From positions 16,058,001 through 16,122,000 of the forward strand of contig OZ024756.1 in the NCBI GenBank assembly GCA_964016885.1: a stretch of DNA of 64,000 nucleotides, in the 5' to 3' direction. The notes beneath the pieces were generated by a model, which was given only the letters and a program-made list of their open reading frames with translations, had not been told where the DNA came from and searched no databases. A program made the position numbers and the translations under genes. Source of the DNA: Eledone cirrhosa (lineage: Eukaryota). This document shows, piece by piece, positions 28,058 to 41,174 of this stretch (position 1 is the first letter of the stretch; each line of letters opens with the position of its first letter).

Positions 28058-28771
28058 CATGGAACTCTTTTAACCATCTTTTGATCTTATATATTATATA
28101 TATATATATATATATATGTCTATAAGGTAGGAATTCATGTTCCAGTGCATTGTTTACCATGCTCTGGAATGTGAATTCCTACCATTTTCAGACTCTGCTA
28201 TGAAAGTATTTTCTCCCAGCTTGGCTGGTTATATTAACTTTGACAGACATTTGTACTAAGAAATATACTTTCTCTGAAAAGCCTACATTATTCATCCTTA
28301 CGGGGTCGATAAAATAAAGTACCAGTAATGCACTGGGTAATTTGCTGGCCTTGTGCCTAAAGTAGAAACAATTATTCATTAATGGTGGATTGGCAGTATC
28401 GTAGAGAGTCGGACGCCATGCTTTGACGCATAGAGTTACAGCCCTTGCTATTCTGAGTTCAAATCCTGCCGAGGTTAACTTTGCCTTTCATCCTTACGGG
28501 GTCGATAAAATAAAGTACCAGTAATACACTGGGTAATTGCTGGCCTTGTGCCTAACGTAGAAACAATTATTCCTTAACGTGGGTGAAACATCATGTTAGA
28601 ATTATATAAATATTTTGTTATAACGACTTACGACTCCTACATTTATTCATTTTGCTTATATATATATATATATATATGAAGTATTTCCGTAGGAAAGGTA
28701 CAGGAAAAAAGAGTGCTCTATGTAGGCTACAGAGCTTATTAGTTATGTAATAAACAACATAAGATAATTAT

Positions 28772-28829
28772 TTCATTTACCAGTGGTTTCTTGAAGGCAG
28801 ATGTGTCTGTCATCAGTCGTCAGAATGAA
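28772..28829 (-). ncRNA. Minimal type I hammerhead ribozyme (left arm of inverted pair)
   Basis: ttcatt-CTGACGA-ctgatgacaga..tctgccttcaa-GAAA-ccactgg-TA-aatgaa. Confidence 0.65.
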
Positions 28830-28885
28830 TAAATAACATGGTGTTTTTATTAAATACATATTTAATAAAAACACCATGTTATTTA

Positions 28886-28944
28886 TTCATTCTGACGACT
28901 GAAGACAGGACACATCTGCCTTCAAGAAACCACTGGTAAATGAA
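28886..28944 (+). ncRNA. Minimal type I hammerhead ribozyme (right arm of inverted pair)
   Basis: ttcatt-CTGACGA-c tgaag..cttca a-GAAA-ccactgg-TA-aatgaa. Confidence 0.7.
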
Positions 28945-29134
28945 ATAATTATCTTATGTTGTTTATTACATAACTATATATATATATATATGTATGTATA
29001 TATATATATATATATATATGAAAAACAAGGTTAGAAGAATACTGCGTGGTTGCACATGGGTTACATATTATAAAATTAGTCCCTCATCAGTGATTTTGCC
29101 AACCATCATTGGTATTTCATCGCATTTATGTGTG

Positions 29135-29590
<456 letters not shown>

Positions 29591-29678
29591 ATATATAAAC
29601 GATGATAGTGATGATGATGATGATGATGACGATATGTATATATATGTACATGTATATCTATCTATATATACATATATT

Positions 29679-30021
29679 GGGAGGCACATGGCTTAGCGGT
29701 TAGAGCATTGGCCTTGCAATCGAAAGGTTGTGAGTTCAATTCTCAGACCGGGTGATGTGTTGTTTCCTTGAGCAAGACACTTTATTTCACATTGCTCCAG
29801 TTTACTCAGCTGTAGAAATGAGATGATTGGGACTGGGTTCCCTATCATTCCACTGCAAAGTGGTCGTGGAGATGCCACGGCAAAAAAGCACCCAGCACTC
29901 ACTGTAAATGAGGTTGGTGTTAGGAAGGGCATCCAGCTGTAGAAATCAAGCCAAAATCAGTTCCCGTCCCACCCTTGCAAGCAGGGAAAAGTGGACGTAA
30001 AATGAAATGATGATGATGATG
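29679..30021 (+). mobile_element. tRNA-headed SINE with RTE-shared 3' tail (copies at 38280-38611 - and 31207-31460 -)
   Basis: Box A TGGCTTAGCGG, box B GAGTTCAATTCT, CCTTGAGCAAGACACTT core, GGTTGGTGTTAGGAAGGGCATCCAGCTGTAGAAA block, (GAT)n. Confidence 0.85.
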
Positions 30022-31042
30022 AGGTAGAGGATCAATCATGAGTTCAGGTGGTTTCGTCTCGTAACCTCTTATACATAGTTAATAACTAACTTATTTATTA
30101 TAGACATATATGTATATATGTGTTTATGTATTATGTATGGGTATGTATATATATATATATATAAACACACACATATATAGATATACACACACATATATAT
30201 ATGTATATATACACACACTATATACATGTACATAAACATGTCTATATTAAAGAGGTTAATTATTAGTTATGGATCAGAATATCTGATTTAATACCCAAAT
30301 GTTAGACTTAAACAACCGCGTTCCTTTACCTTCTATAAGATTAACTTCTAGTCAGAGAATATACTTCCTCTTCCACTTCCCTCTTCTCCCATTCATATAT
30401 ATATATAAGCGTGTGTGTATATATACATGTTTGTGTGTGTGTATATATATATATAAATGTATGTGTGTATATACATCTATGTATATATATGCATATATAT
30501 ATATACATATGTAAATACACACACACACACAAACATATATATACATACATATATCTATATATATACACACACTCAAACATACATATATATATGTATGTCT
30601 GTGTGTGTGTGTACACACGTACACACACATACACACATACATATGTAAATACGCACACACACACACACACAAACATATATATACATACATATATCTATAT
30701 ATATACACACACTCAAACATACATATATATATGTATGTCTGTGTGTGTGTGTACACACGTACACACACATACACACATATATAATCCTACTTAGGTCTGT
30801 GTTACCTTTTAACTTTCCAAGTGGGAGGAGTTGATGAAATAAAGTACCAGTTATATGCTGGAGTCGATTTAATCACCAATAATCCGGCCCACCCAATGTG
30901 TACAATTGTTCCTGTATACGTAAATATATATTTATTTCACAAGGCTCGATAAGGATAAATATATATCAAATATATAAGAACCCTAGAGCAAATCCCGAGC
31001 AATGCCGGGCAATTCTGCTAGTAATATTATAAAATTAAATTA

Positions 31043-31085
<43 letters not shown>

Positions 31086-32612
31086 ACACACACATATATA
31101 GATATATATACACACACACATATATATATATATGATATATATATATATATATATGAAAACAGGGAGAAAGAGACGATTATTAGGAAGAAAAATATATATA
31201 CATATATCATCATTTTACGTCCACTTTTCCCTGCTTGCAAGGGTGGGACGGGAACTGATTCTGGCTTAATTTCTACAGCTGGATGCCCTTCCTAACACCA
31301 ACCTCATTTACAGTGAGTGCTGGGTGCTTTTTTGCCATGGCACCTTCACGACCACTTTACAGTGGAATGTTATGGACCCCAGTCCCTATCATCTCATTTC
31401 TACAGCTGAGTAAACTGGAGCAATGTGAAATAAAGTGTCTTGCTCAAGGAAACAACACATCACATATACATATATATATATATGGCTCTGAACATTAATC
31501 AGTATACACTGAGGATGGAAAACTCAGAGCTGTACGGGAGCCTCTCGAAAGTCAGCTCAAAAGTGACACAGAGGAGACTGAGGTAAGCTGGACATACTCA
31601 CCGACATCCAGAGTTGACATTGCACTCAGTGCTCCTGTGGGAGCCCCTGCATGGACACACTGGAAGAGGAAGACCGAGGTTAACGTATGTTGATGCTCTA
31701 AGGACAGACACTGGTCTGTTGGAGACGCAGGACATGGCAGCGATGATGAGGGACAGAGACCGCTGGAGAGAACTCCTCCATGGATCTCGGGAATTTTAGC
31801 CGCCCTAGATATATATAATAATAATGATATATATATATATATACAAATAAAATTGACTCCATGAATCACTACATTGGCAATTGCTGTCATTCTTCTCATG
31901 AATGACAAAGTAACCATAAAACAATGCTTGAAAGTTGTTTATGAAGTTTAAATCTAAATTTAATTCCAAAGAGACGAAACCAGATGTTTTCTCTTAGTTC
32001 TTTATACTCATCTTATCGTCCATTAACTTGTGGCTGAGCATTCCACAGGCACGTGCACCCTAAATGTACTTCTTTGGGAGATTCAATGTGACGCCGTGTG
32101 TGACAAGGTTGACCCTTTGAATTACAGGTAGAAACCATCTGATAGGCTTCCTAACAGTTTCTGTCTACCAAATTTCACTGACAAGGCCTGGGCTGACCGA
32201 AGGTTATGCTAAATAACATATGTCCAATATGTCAGGCAGTGGGATTGAAACTAGGACCTAATGATTGCAAAGTGAACTCCTTCACCATGTGGCTTTGTTG
32301 TGGGAGGAACACAAGGAAGGTATCCTGAAATTGGAGACATAGTTTGTATGTTTGCAACAGTGTAAACTCTGCTTAACCCTTTACCATTTACATTACTCTA
32401 TATTTACAATTATATTTTTGTGGCAAAGGCTTTATCTCACATAATATTGAATCTATGAGATTTTGGTATTATTTATTTTGAGAACAATACCTTAACATCA
32501 GTATGAGTAGCCAATTACAGCTGCTTTGAACAGAAAGAGATGAGATAATTCTGGCAAAATATGGCCGGTTTAAATACTAAAGGGTTAAACATCAAAGGAT
32601 CAGGTGCTAGCG

Positions 32613-33660
32613 TTAACCCCTTTTGTTACCATATTTCTAATGAAAGACACTGTCTCCTATAGTTTAACCGTTTTGCTACCTTATTTCTAGTGAAAGACAC
32701 TGTCCCCTATAGTTTAACCCTTTTGCTACCTTATTTCTAATGAAAGACACTGTCCCCTATAGTTTAACCCTTTTGCTACCTTATTTCTAATGAAAAACAC
32801 TGTCCCCTATAGTTTAACCCTTTTGCTACCTTATTCCTAATGAAAGACACTGTCCCCTATAGTTTAACCCTTTCGTTACCTTATATCTAATGAAAGACAC
32901 TGTCCCCTATAGTTTAACCCTTTTGCTACCTTATATCTAATCAAAGACACTGTCCCCTATAGTTTAACCCTTTCGTTACCTTATATCTAATCAAAGACAT
33001 TGTCCCCTATAGTTTAACCCTTTTGCTACCTTATTTCTAATCAAAGACACTGTTCCCTATAGTTTAACCCTTTCGTTACCTTATATCTAATCAAAGACAC
33101 TGTCCCCTATAGTTTAACCCTTTTGCTACCTTATTTCTAATGAAAGACACTGTCCCCTATAGTTTAACCCTTTTGCTACCTTATTTCTAATGAAAAACAC
33201 TGTCCCCTATAGTTTAACCCTTTTGCTACCTTATTCCTAATGAAAGACACTGTCCCCTATAGTTTAACCCTTTCGTTACCTTATATCTAATGAAAGACAC
33301 TGTCCCCTATAGTTTAACCCTTTTGCTACCTTATTCCTAATGAAAAACACTGTCCCCTATAGTTTAACCCTTTTGCTACCTTATTCCTAATGAAAGACAC
33401 TGTCCCCTATAGTTTAACCCTTTCGTTACCTTATATCTAATGAAAGACACTGTCCCCTATAGTTTAACCCTTTTGCTACCTTATTTCTAATGAAAAACAT
33501 TGTGCCCTATAGTTTAACCCTTTTGCTACCTTATTCCTAATGAAAGACACTGTCCCCTATAGTTTAACCCTTTCGTTACCTTATATCTAATCAAAGACAC
33601 TGTCCCCTATAGTTTAACCCTTTCGTTACCTTATATCTAATCAAAGACACTGTTCCATAT
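32613..33660. repeat. 50-bp minisatellite (~21 units) derived from the MITE B terminus
   Basis: Unit AGTTTAACCCTTTTGCTACCTTATTTCTAATGAAAGACACTGTCCCCTAT. Confidence 0.95.
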
Positions 33661-35695
33661 GGTTTTCAAATAATTGTTTAAATAATCAAGAATTTGGAGA
33701 GATTTGATAATAAAACGAATTTTCTCATTATTAAGTCTGATTAAGGTCCATGTAAACCATCAAAGACATCCATCCAGCTAGCAGTCCATTTATCCCACTC
33801 TCTCTTTCTGTACACACACACTATATATATATATATACAGTTGAAAATTGCAAACTTGACTGTCACCACATATTATGAACCTGAAGATTGCGAAAGCATG
33901 AAAGTACTTGTTCAATTAACACTTAACATTTAATATTCTACCATACTATTTCATTATAATACCATTATAAATTTTAAAGGATTGTAAATAAAACGAGTAA
34001 ATCAGACAAAGTTGGAATTCCTCTTATTAATATAATCTTCTATACACAATCATACACACCCGTGTATATTTATCTATCTATCTATATATATATATATATA
34101 TATGTTGTATATATATCATCATCAATTTTACATCCACTTTTCCAAAACCTGCATGGCTTGAATAGGTGCTTCTCAGCAATGGCATCTCTCCACTTGTCGC
34201 GTTCCTTCTTCATCTCCTCCCTCTGCCGGTCTTAGCGATTTGAGGTAAGCTCTCGCTATTTCTACCCAGGTCTTCCTTGGTCTACCTCTACTGCAGCTTC
34301 CTTCCACTGGGATTTGCTGGCACTTCTTCACCCAGTGATCATCATCCATGTGCATCACATGTCTGTACCAAAGCAGTCTTCTCCCTTGCACACTACTTCG
34401 GTTTCCTCTTAACCCTTTAGTATTTACATTACTTTATATATACTATTATATTTTCACGGTAAAGGCTTTATGTCACATAATTATCTCACATAATATCGAA
34501 TTTATGAGATTTTGATATTATTTATTTTGAGAACAATAGCTTATCATTGGTATGAGTGGCTGGTTACAGCCGGTTTGAACAGAAAGAGGTGAGAGAATTC
34601 TGGCAGGATACAGCCGGTTTAAATGCTAAAGGGTTAAACCCAGTTTCTCCCTCAGTTCATCTAAGCTCAGCCTTTCTCTCACACTTACATTGCACATCCA
34701 ACGAAGCATCTATCTATTTATCTCTCTCTCTCTGTCTCTTTCTCTCTCTCATATACAGGGTGTGTCTATATATGTTTTTTAAGACAGCCAAATTGTTAAT
34801 CTATGAATCTGACCTGATTATTGAAAAGGTGTGGAAATGCCTGGGGTTAAGGTGTTGGGGCAGGGGGGGATTAATTAGTTAGGCCACTCAGTAATAAATA
34901 AATAAATAAATAAAATAAAAACCTGCCAGGAGGATTAGTAGGGTGGCAAGCTTAATCTGTGTGAGGCCAATGGTATTTAGACGATAAACCACAACCATTG
35001 TATAACTGTACATCATCATCATCATTATCATTTTAACGTCTACTTTCCCTGCTAGCAAGGGTTGGATGGGTTCTACATAGATCAAGTCAGTAGTGAAGTG
35101 GAGCCACTGATCTTCCAGACAGGCCAGTGATCTGTGTCTCGCTTATGTATGGTCTCACGTTCCACTGAGTTCACACAGGAGAGGTTGTCATGTCTTTGAC
35201 GCAACTGTGAGCCCTCCCAACCCTTTGTTTGGCAATATTTCGATGGCAAAATGCCCTTCCTATCACCAACCACTTTACAGCATGTACTGGGTGTGTTTAT
35301 CATGTAGATCACCAACATTAGAGAGGTTGTCATGACTGAAGGGTCCTCTCAGCCCTTTGTCTGGCAAGCTTTCTATGGCTGACCATAACCAGTGTAAAAC
35401 AGTAGGTCTGTGTGAAGTTGATGGTAGATGGTACTTAAGTGGTGAAACATAACCAGTGTATAGCTGTAGATTATCTGTTTCATTCTGGAGCAGTAGATAA
35501 GGAAGTGGGGTTTACATCCCTGGGGTTGGTGGTGGTAGTAGTGGGTGGTGGTGGTGGCATAGGATTGTATAATTTAGGAAATATTAGAAATATGTGACCC
35601 TAAATTGATATAAGTGTGACCCCCTAACTTCAGGGTCGAAACACTTGCTTGAGTGGGGTTTCTTCTCTGAAGATCTGCTGTCCAGGCTCTCCTGA

Positions 35696-35808
<113 letters not shown>

Positions 35809-35945
35809 ACCTTTAAGTAACATAGGTTTGAACTTCAGTTGACACATATATGTATGTGACCTTCAGCTGACATATATATATTCAGACTGCCAATACTGGA
35901 ATTAAACCATCAAGACCGTTGAGGTATGTCATACATCAATTCATG

Positions 35946-36011
35946 TATTTTATCTGACGAGGACGTACTGAAAAAACAGCACAGTACCTTCGAAATATAT
36001 ATAATAAAATA
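35946..36011 (+). ncRNA. Minimal type I hammerhead ribozyme
   Basis: tattttat-CTGACGA-ggac gtactg..cagtac cttc-GAAA-tatata-TA-ataaaata. Confidence 0.8.
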
Positions 36012-36591
36012 TATATTTTGATTATGTGAATGTCTTCATTTATTAATAATCTGAATAATATATATATAGATATAGATATATATATATATAAGTTAAAACA
36101 ATGAAATAAAAAATAAAGTCCTTAGAAATATACTTCACTGCTTTACGATCGTTTCTAGATGGTGATAATACATTGTATCTATATTCAGTTATTGATCTAT
36201 GTAATTTTACAAACTATATTTATTATTATATCATGACTCATACACTGTTCATTTTCCTGACATTTGTACATTATTCTATGTACTATACATGCACCTTTGA
36301 TGAGTTGTAGTGCACCTGAGCACTGTACACAATAATTTCATTATTATTATTATTATTATTATCAGATAGGGAGAATGTATTATCACCATCTAGAAACAAT
36401 CGTAAAGCAGTGAAGTATATCTCTAATGACTTGATTCTTTATTTCATTGTTTTAACTTATATCATGACTCTGTTTTCCTTTTAATGTTTTATTGTTTTCT
36501 GAGATTTATCTTAACCTACAACATTTTCAACATATGGATTACATTGAGTTCTTCATACAGAATAGACCTCACAACTTACAGTGGATACCTC

Positions 36592-36628
<37 letters not shown>

Positions 36629-37155
36629 TCAAAGACAATGACACACGACCGTGACTTCTGGCGTCACGCAGTAATACAGAGTACCCGACCTCCCATGGGT
36701 ACAAGTTAAAGCATATAAACAATATGCCCCCACACCCCCCACCGCAAGGTGGTCGTGGAGGTGCCATGGCAAAAAAGCACCCAGCCCACACTGTAAAGTG
36801 GACGTGTAGGCGCCACGAAAAAGCACCCAGCACTCACTGTAAATGAGGTTGGTGTTAGGAAGGGCATCCAGCTGTAGAAATCAAGCCAGATCAGTTCCTG
36901 TATGAGCAAGGCATGGTCAGCCGACCAGACACTGCCCACAACAGGACAACCCGTCTAACCCATGCTAGCGTGGAAGAACGGACGTAAAACGGTGATGATG
37001 ATGATGATGATGATGATATATATGTAGAAGTTCTATTTAAATTGTTGGGATACAACAAGCAAATATTTTTATAACTGATATAAAGCACTCAACAAATTAT
37101 TGGAGTAAAAATACGATATATTAACAAATGGAAACTATATTTATAAAACTATATT

Positions 37156-37220
37156 TATTTCATTATACATATTTCAAGGACACCAAGTTAAATTATGGTG
37201 TGCTTTCATCAGATAAAATA
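37156..37220 (-). ncRNA. Minimal type I hammerhead ribozyme (left arm of inverted pair)
   Basis: tattttat-CTGATGA-aagc acacca..tggtgt cctt-GAAA-tatgta-TA-atgaaata. Confidence 0.8.
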
Positions 37221-37302
37221 TAATATAGAGCAGTTTTATAAATAAATATTGACATACCCTTAAAAGAATGCGACCATTTCTGTTGGAAGCTCCTCTATAT
37301 TA

Positions 37303-37367
37303 TATTTTATCTGATGAAAGCACACCATAATTTAACTTGGTGTCCTTGAAATATGTATAATGAAATA
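37303..37367 (+). ncRNA. Minimal type I hammerhead ribozyme (right arm of inverted pair)
   Basis: Inverted copy of 37156-37220: CTGATGA 37311-37317, GAAA 37348-37351. Confidence 0.8.
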
Positions 37368-37420
37368 AATATGGTTTTATAAATATAGTTTCCATTTGTT
37401 AATGTATCGTATATATATAT

Positions 37421-37521
37421 ACAGGGTGTCCCAAAAATGTATACACACGTTGATTACCTGTACAGGCAATATCTATTAGAATGCCCAGCCTTTGTGCATA
37501 TATTTTTGGGAGATATCCTGT
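37421..37521. mobile_element. Tc1/mariner-type MITE (related copy 7444-7543)
   Basis: TA|CAGGGTGTCCCAAAAAT...ATTTTTGGGAGATATCCTG|TA. Confidence 0.65.
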
Positions 37522-37820
37522 ATATATATGGAAAGGGATGCACTCTGCTAGGCTTAAAATGTCCATATGTCACTACATCAGCCCCTACCCCCATCAGGAG
37601 TTAGGGGCCATAACATGCCATATATATATATATATATAATATAAGATCAAAAGATGGTTAAAAGAGTTCCAAGTATTTTATTATGCGCATTTCAAAAACA
37701 AATATCATCATGGGATGATATCTACGTTCTCATCAGCATCAATCTTAATTTATTTTTCATATGTTGATTTAAACCTTCACTATTCAGAAGTGTTTTTTTA
37801 AGCTTCATATCATGTCTCCC

Positions 37821-37891
37821 TATTTTATCTGATGAGAACGCAGATATCATCCCATGATGATATTTGATTTTGAAATGCGCATAATAAAATA
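37821..37891 (+). ncRNA. Minimal type I hammerhead ribozyme
   Basis: tattttat-CTGATGA-gaac gcagatatcat..atgatatttga tttt-GAAA-tgcgca-TA-ataaaata. An inverted copy at about 37675-37736 is truncated exactly at CTGATGA. Confidence 0.8.
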
Positions 37892-38012
37892 CTTGGAACT
37901 CTTTTAACTATCTTTTGATCTTATATTATTTATACTCCAGTCCTACAAACTGTAGAGTGCTACTTATCCGATATTTGCATTGCTTTATTGTACTACAATA
38001 AAACTCACCTTC

Positions 38013-38052
<40 letters not shown>

Positions 38053-39429
38053 AACCTTGGTCTTCCTCTTCTAGTGTGTCCATGTAGGGGCTCCCAAAGG
38101 AGCACTGAGTGCAATGTCAACTCTGGATGTCGGTGAGCATGTCCAGCCAACCTCAGTTGATGCCCTAAGGAGATGCAGGATATGGCAGCGATAATGAGGG
38201 ACAGAGACCGCTGGAGAGAACTCGTCCATGGATCTCGGGAATTTTACCCGCCTTAGATATATATATATATATATATATCATCATCATTTCATTTTACGTC
38301 CACTTTTCCCTGCTTGCAAGGGTGGGACAGGAACAGATTCTGGCTTGATTTCTACAGCTGGATGCCCTTCCTAACACCAACCTCATTTACAGTGAGTGCT
38401 GGGTGCTTTTTTGCCGTGGCACCTCCACGACCACTTTGCAGTGGAATGATAGGGACCCCAGTCCCTATCATCTCATTTCTACAGCTGAGTAAACTGGAGC
38501 AATGTGAAATAAAGTGTCTTGCTCAAGGAAACAACACATCACCCGGTCTGAGAATTGAACTCACAACCTTTCGATTGCAAGGTCAATGCTCTAACCACTA
38601 AGCCATGTGCCTATATATATAAACACATGTACACTCACACAAAACACATCTAACTCTCTACATATAAACAGTTTTCCATCTTTTATTCTTTCAATTTAAA
38701 AAGAAAAGGAAAAAAAACTATACATATGAAACATGGTGGTGGTGGTGGCGGTGGCGTGGTGGCGGCGGTGGTGATATTTGTGGTGGTGGTAGTGGTGGTG
38801 GTTTGTTGTTGTTGTTGTTGTTGGTGGTGGTGGTGATGTTGGTGGTGTTGTTGTTGGTGGTGGTGTTGCTGTTGTTGCTGTTGTTGTTGGTGGTGGCGGC
38901 CGTGTTGGTAGTGGTGGTGTTGTTGGTAGTAGCGGTGGTGAAGTTGGTGGTGTTGTTGTTGGTGTTGCTTCTGTTGTTGTTGGTGGTGCTGTTGATGTTG
39001 TTGGTGGTGATGTTGTTGTTGTTGGTGGTGCTGTTGATGGTGGTGGTGTTGTTGTTGTTGTTGGTGTTGGCAGCGGTGGTGGTGGTGATGTTGTTGGTGG
39101 TGGTGATGTTGTTGGTGGTGGTGTTGTTGTTGTTGGTGGTGTTGTTGTTGTTGTTGGTGTTGGCAGCGGTGGTGGTGGTGATGTTGTTGTTGTTGGTGGT
39201 GGTGGTGGTTGTGGGCGTAGTAGTCAATGTTAGTGCTGGTAGTGGTGGCAGGGTGGTGGTGGTGGTGGTGGTGGTGATTGTGGTGGCAGTGGTGGTGGTG
39301 ATTGTGGTGGCAGTGATGGTGGTGGTGGCGGTGATGATGATGGTGATAGTTAGTGGTGGTTGTGATGGTGGTGGTGGTGGTGGTGGTGGTGGTGATGGCG
39401 GTGGTGATAGTTGTGTAAGGGTCACTTAC

Positions 39430-39484
39430 CGACCAAGTAGGTACACAGCACCATCAAGAAAACACCGACACGAAAAATCTCCAT
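39430..39484 (-). CDS. Single-Ig GPI-anchored protein, exon 1 (signal peptide)
   Basis: ATG at 39484-39482, MEIFRVGVFLMVLCTYLV+G, then donor GTAAGT (phase 1). Hydrophobic signal-peptide-like; joins in frame to 19778. Confidence 0.75.
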
Positions 39485-39907
39485 TGCGAAGTATTTGATG
39501 TTTTTTTTGTTTTTTTTAGGTATAAAGCCGGAGAGAGAGAAAGAAAGAGATGCAAGGACACAAGTTAAGGGTCCGGTGTTTAGTAGTTGGTATTTGTAAA
39601 ACAACAACAGCAACTACAACCTAACTATGGTAGCATTGATCATACATAATAAGGATTTGATCTGCTTTGAGGAACTCCAAAATGAAACGAAACTTGATGG
39701 AAATGATGAAGAAGCGAGAGAAACGGTAATGCTAGAGATGGCTGGCAGTGAACAGGTCTCGGAAATGACAGATCGCTTGTGAATGTGGTTCTTGTTGTGT
39801 AATTAAGCTTCAAGTACTGAAACGAGGAGGATGGATTTAGATAATGCCTCATTAATCTGATAAATGTTAATAGTACAGGGGGATTAACAATAGCAAGGCT
39901 AGATAAT

Positions 39908-39973
<66 letters not shown>

Positions 39974-40256
39974 CAATATATATATATATATATAATTATA
40001 TAATAAACAACACAATATAATTATTCCATTACCTAAGGTTTCAGGAAACTAGACAATCTTTATGAAAAATTTCAGGACCCTGACGGCTGAGCTCCAGCCA
40101 TTTCAACAACTATATCCAAACTGATCTAGTTTGGATTTAACTGTTGTAATGGCCAGAGCTCAGCTGTTGGGGTCCCAAATTTTTTCATATTACCCAAGTA
40201 TCAAGTGCTATGGTGAGTAATGGTCTAACTGGTTTTTACCACCTCCACTCTGATAT

Positions 40257-41045
40257 ATCATCATCACCATTTTGCGTCCATTTTTTCCATGTTAGCATGG
40301 GTTAGACAGGTTGTCCTGTTGTAGGCAATGCCAGGTCAGGTGACCATGTCTTGCTCATACTGAACTGATTTTAGCTTGATTTCTACAGCTGGATGCCCTT
40401 CCTAACACCAACCTCATTTACAGTGAGTAGTTGGTGCTTTTTTACCATGGCGCCTACACGTTCACTTTACAGTGTGGACTGGGTGCTTTTTTGTTGTGAC
40501 ACCCACTTTACAGCGGGAGGGGGACATACTCTATATATGCTTCAGCTTCGGCTTGTGCCTGTGGGAAGTCGGGTCTTCTGTATTACTCTGTGATGCCAGA
40601 GGTCACAGTCCTGTGTCATCGCCTTTGAGAGGTGTAATTGGGCATGGTTAGCATTTATCACCTCATCCCAGGTCTTCTTGGGTATCCCCACTCCAAGACT
40701 TCCATCGACTTTTAGTGCTCTGCACCTTTTTATGCAGCTATCATCCTTCATACGCATCACATGTCCATACCAATGTAACCTCCTCTCCTGCACACAGGAT
40801 TTGATTCCTCTTATGCTTAGTCTCTCTATCTCAATACGTTTATACTTTGGCATTCCCATATATTACTATTACACATCCATCGGAGCATGCAAGCTTTGTT
40901 TCTTTCTAATCTGCGCAAGTTTTCTACAGACAACTCTCAGGTCTCACTACCATGTAACATTGCTGTTCATATGCATCCATCATACAGTCTGCCTTTCATT
41001 TTGAGGGAAAAGCGCTTTGCAGCTAGCAGTGGTAGTGGCTCCCTG
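40257..41045 (-). mobile_element. RTE LINE 3' fragment
   Basis: RRLHWYGHVMRMKDDSCIKRC..PKKTWDEVI plus shared 3' UTR/tail. Confidence 0.85.
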
Positions 41046-41046
41046 A

Positions 41047-41104
<58 letters not shown>

Positions 41105-41174
41105 AGCCAGAATCAGTTCCCGTATGAGCAAGACAAGGTCAGCCGACTGGACACTGCCCACAACAGAACAACCC

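Noticed and set aside
39830-39910. TAAT/TAATCC homeodomain-like sites upstream of the Ig gene
   Set aside because: Short motifs expected by chance in AT-rich DNA; no independent support.
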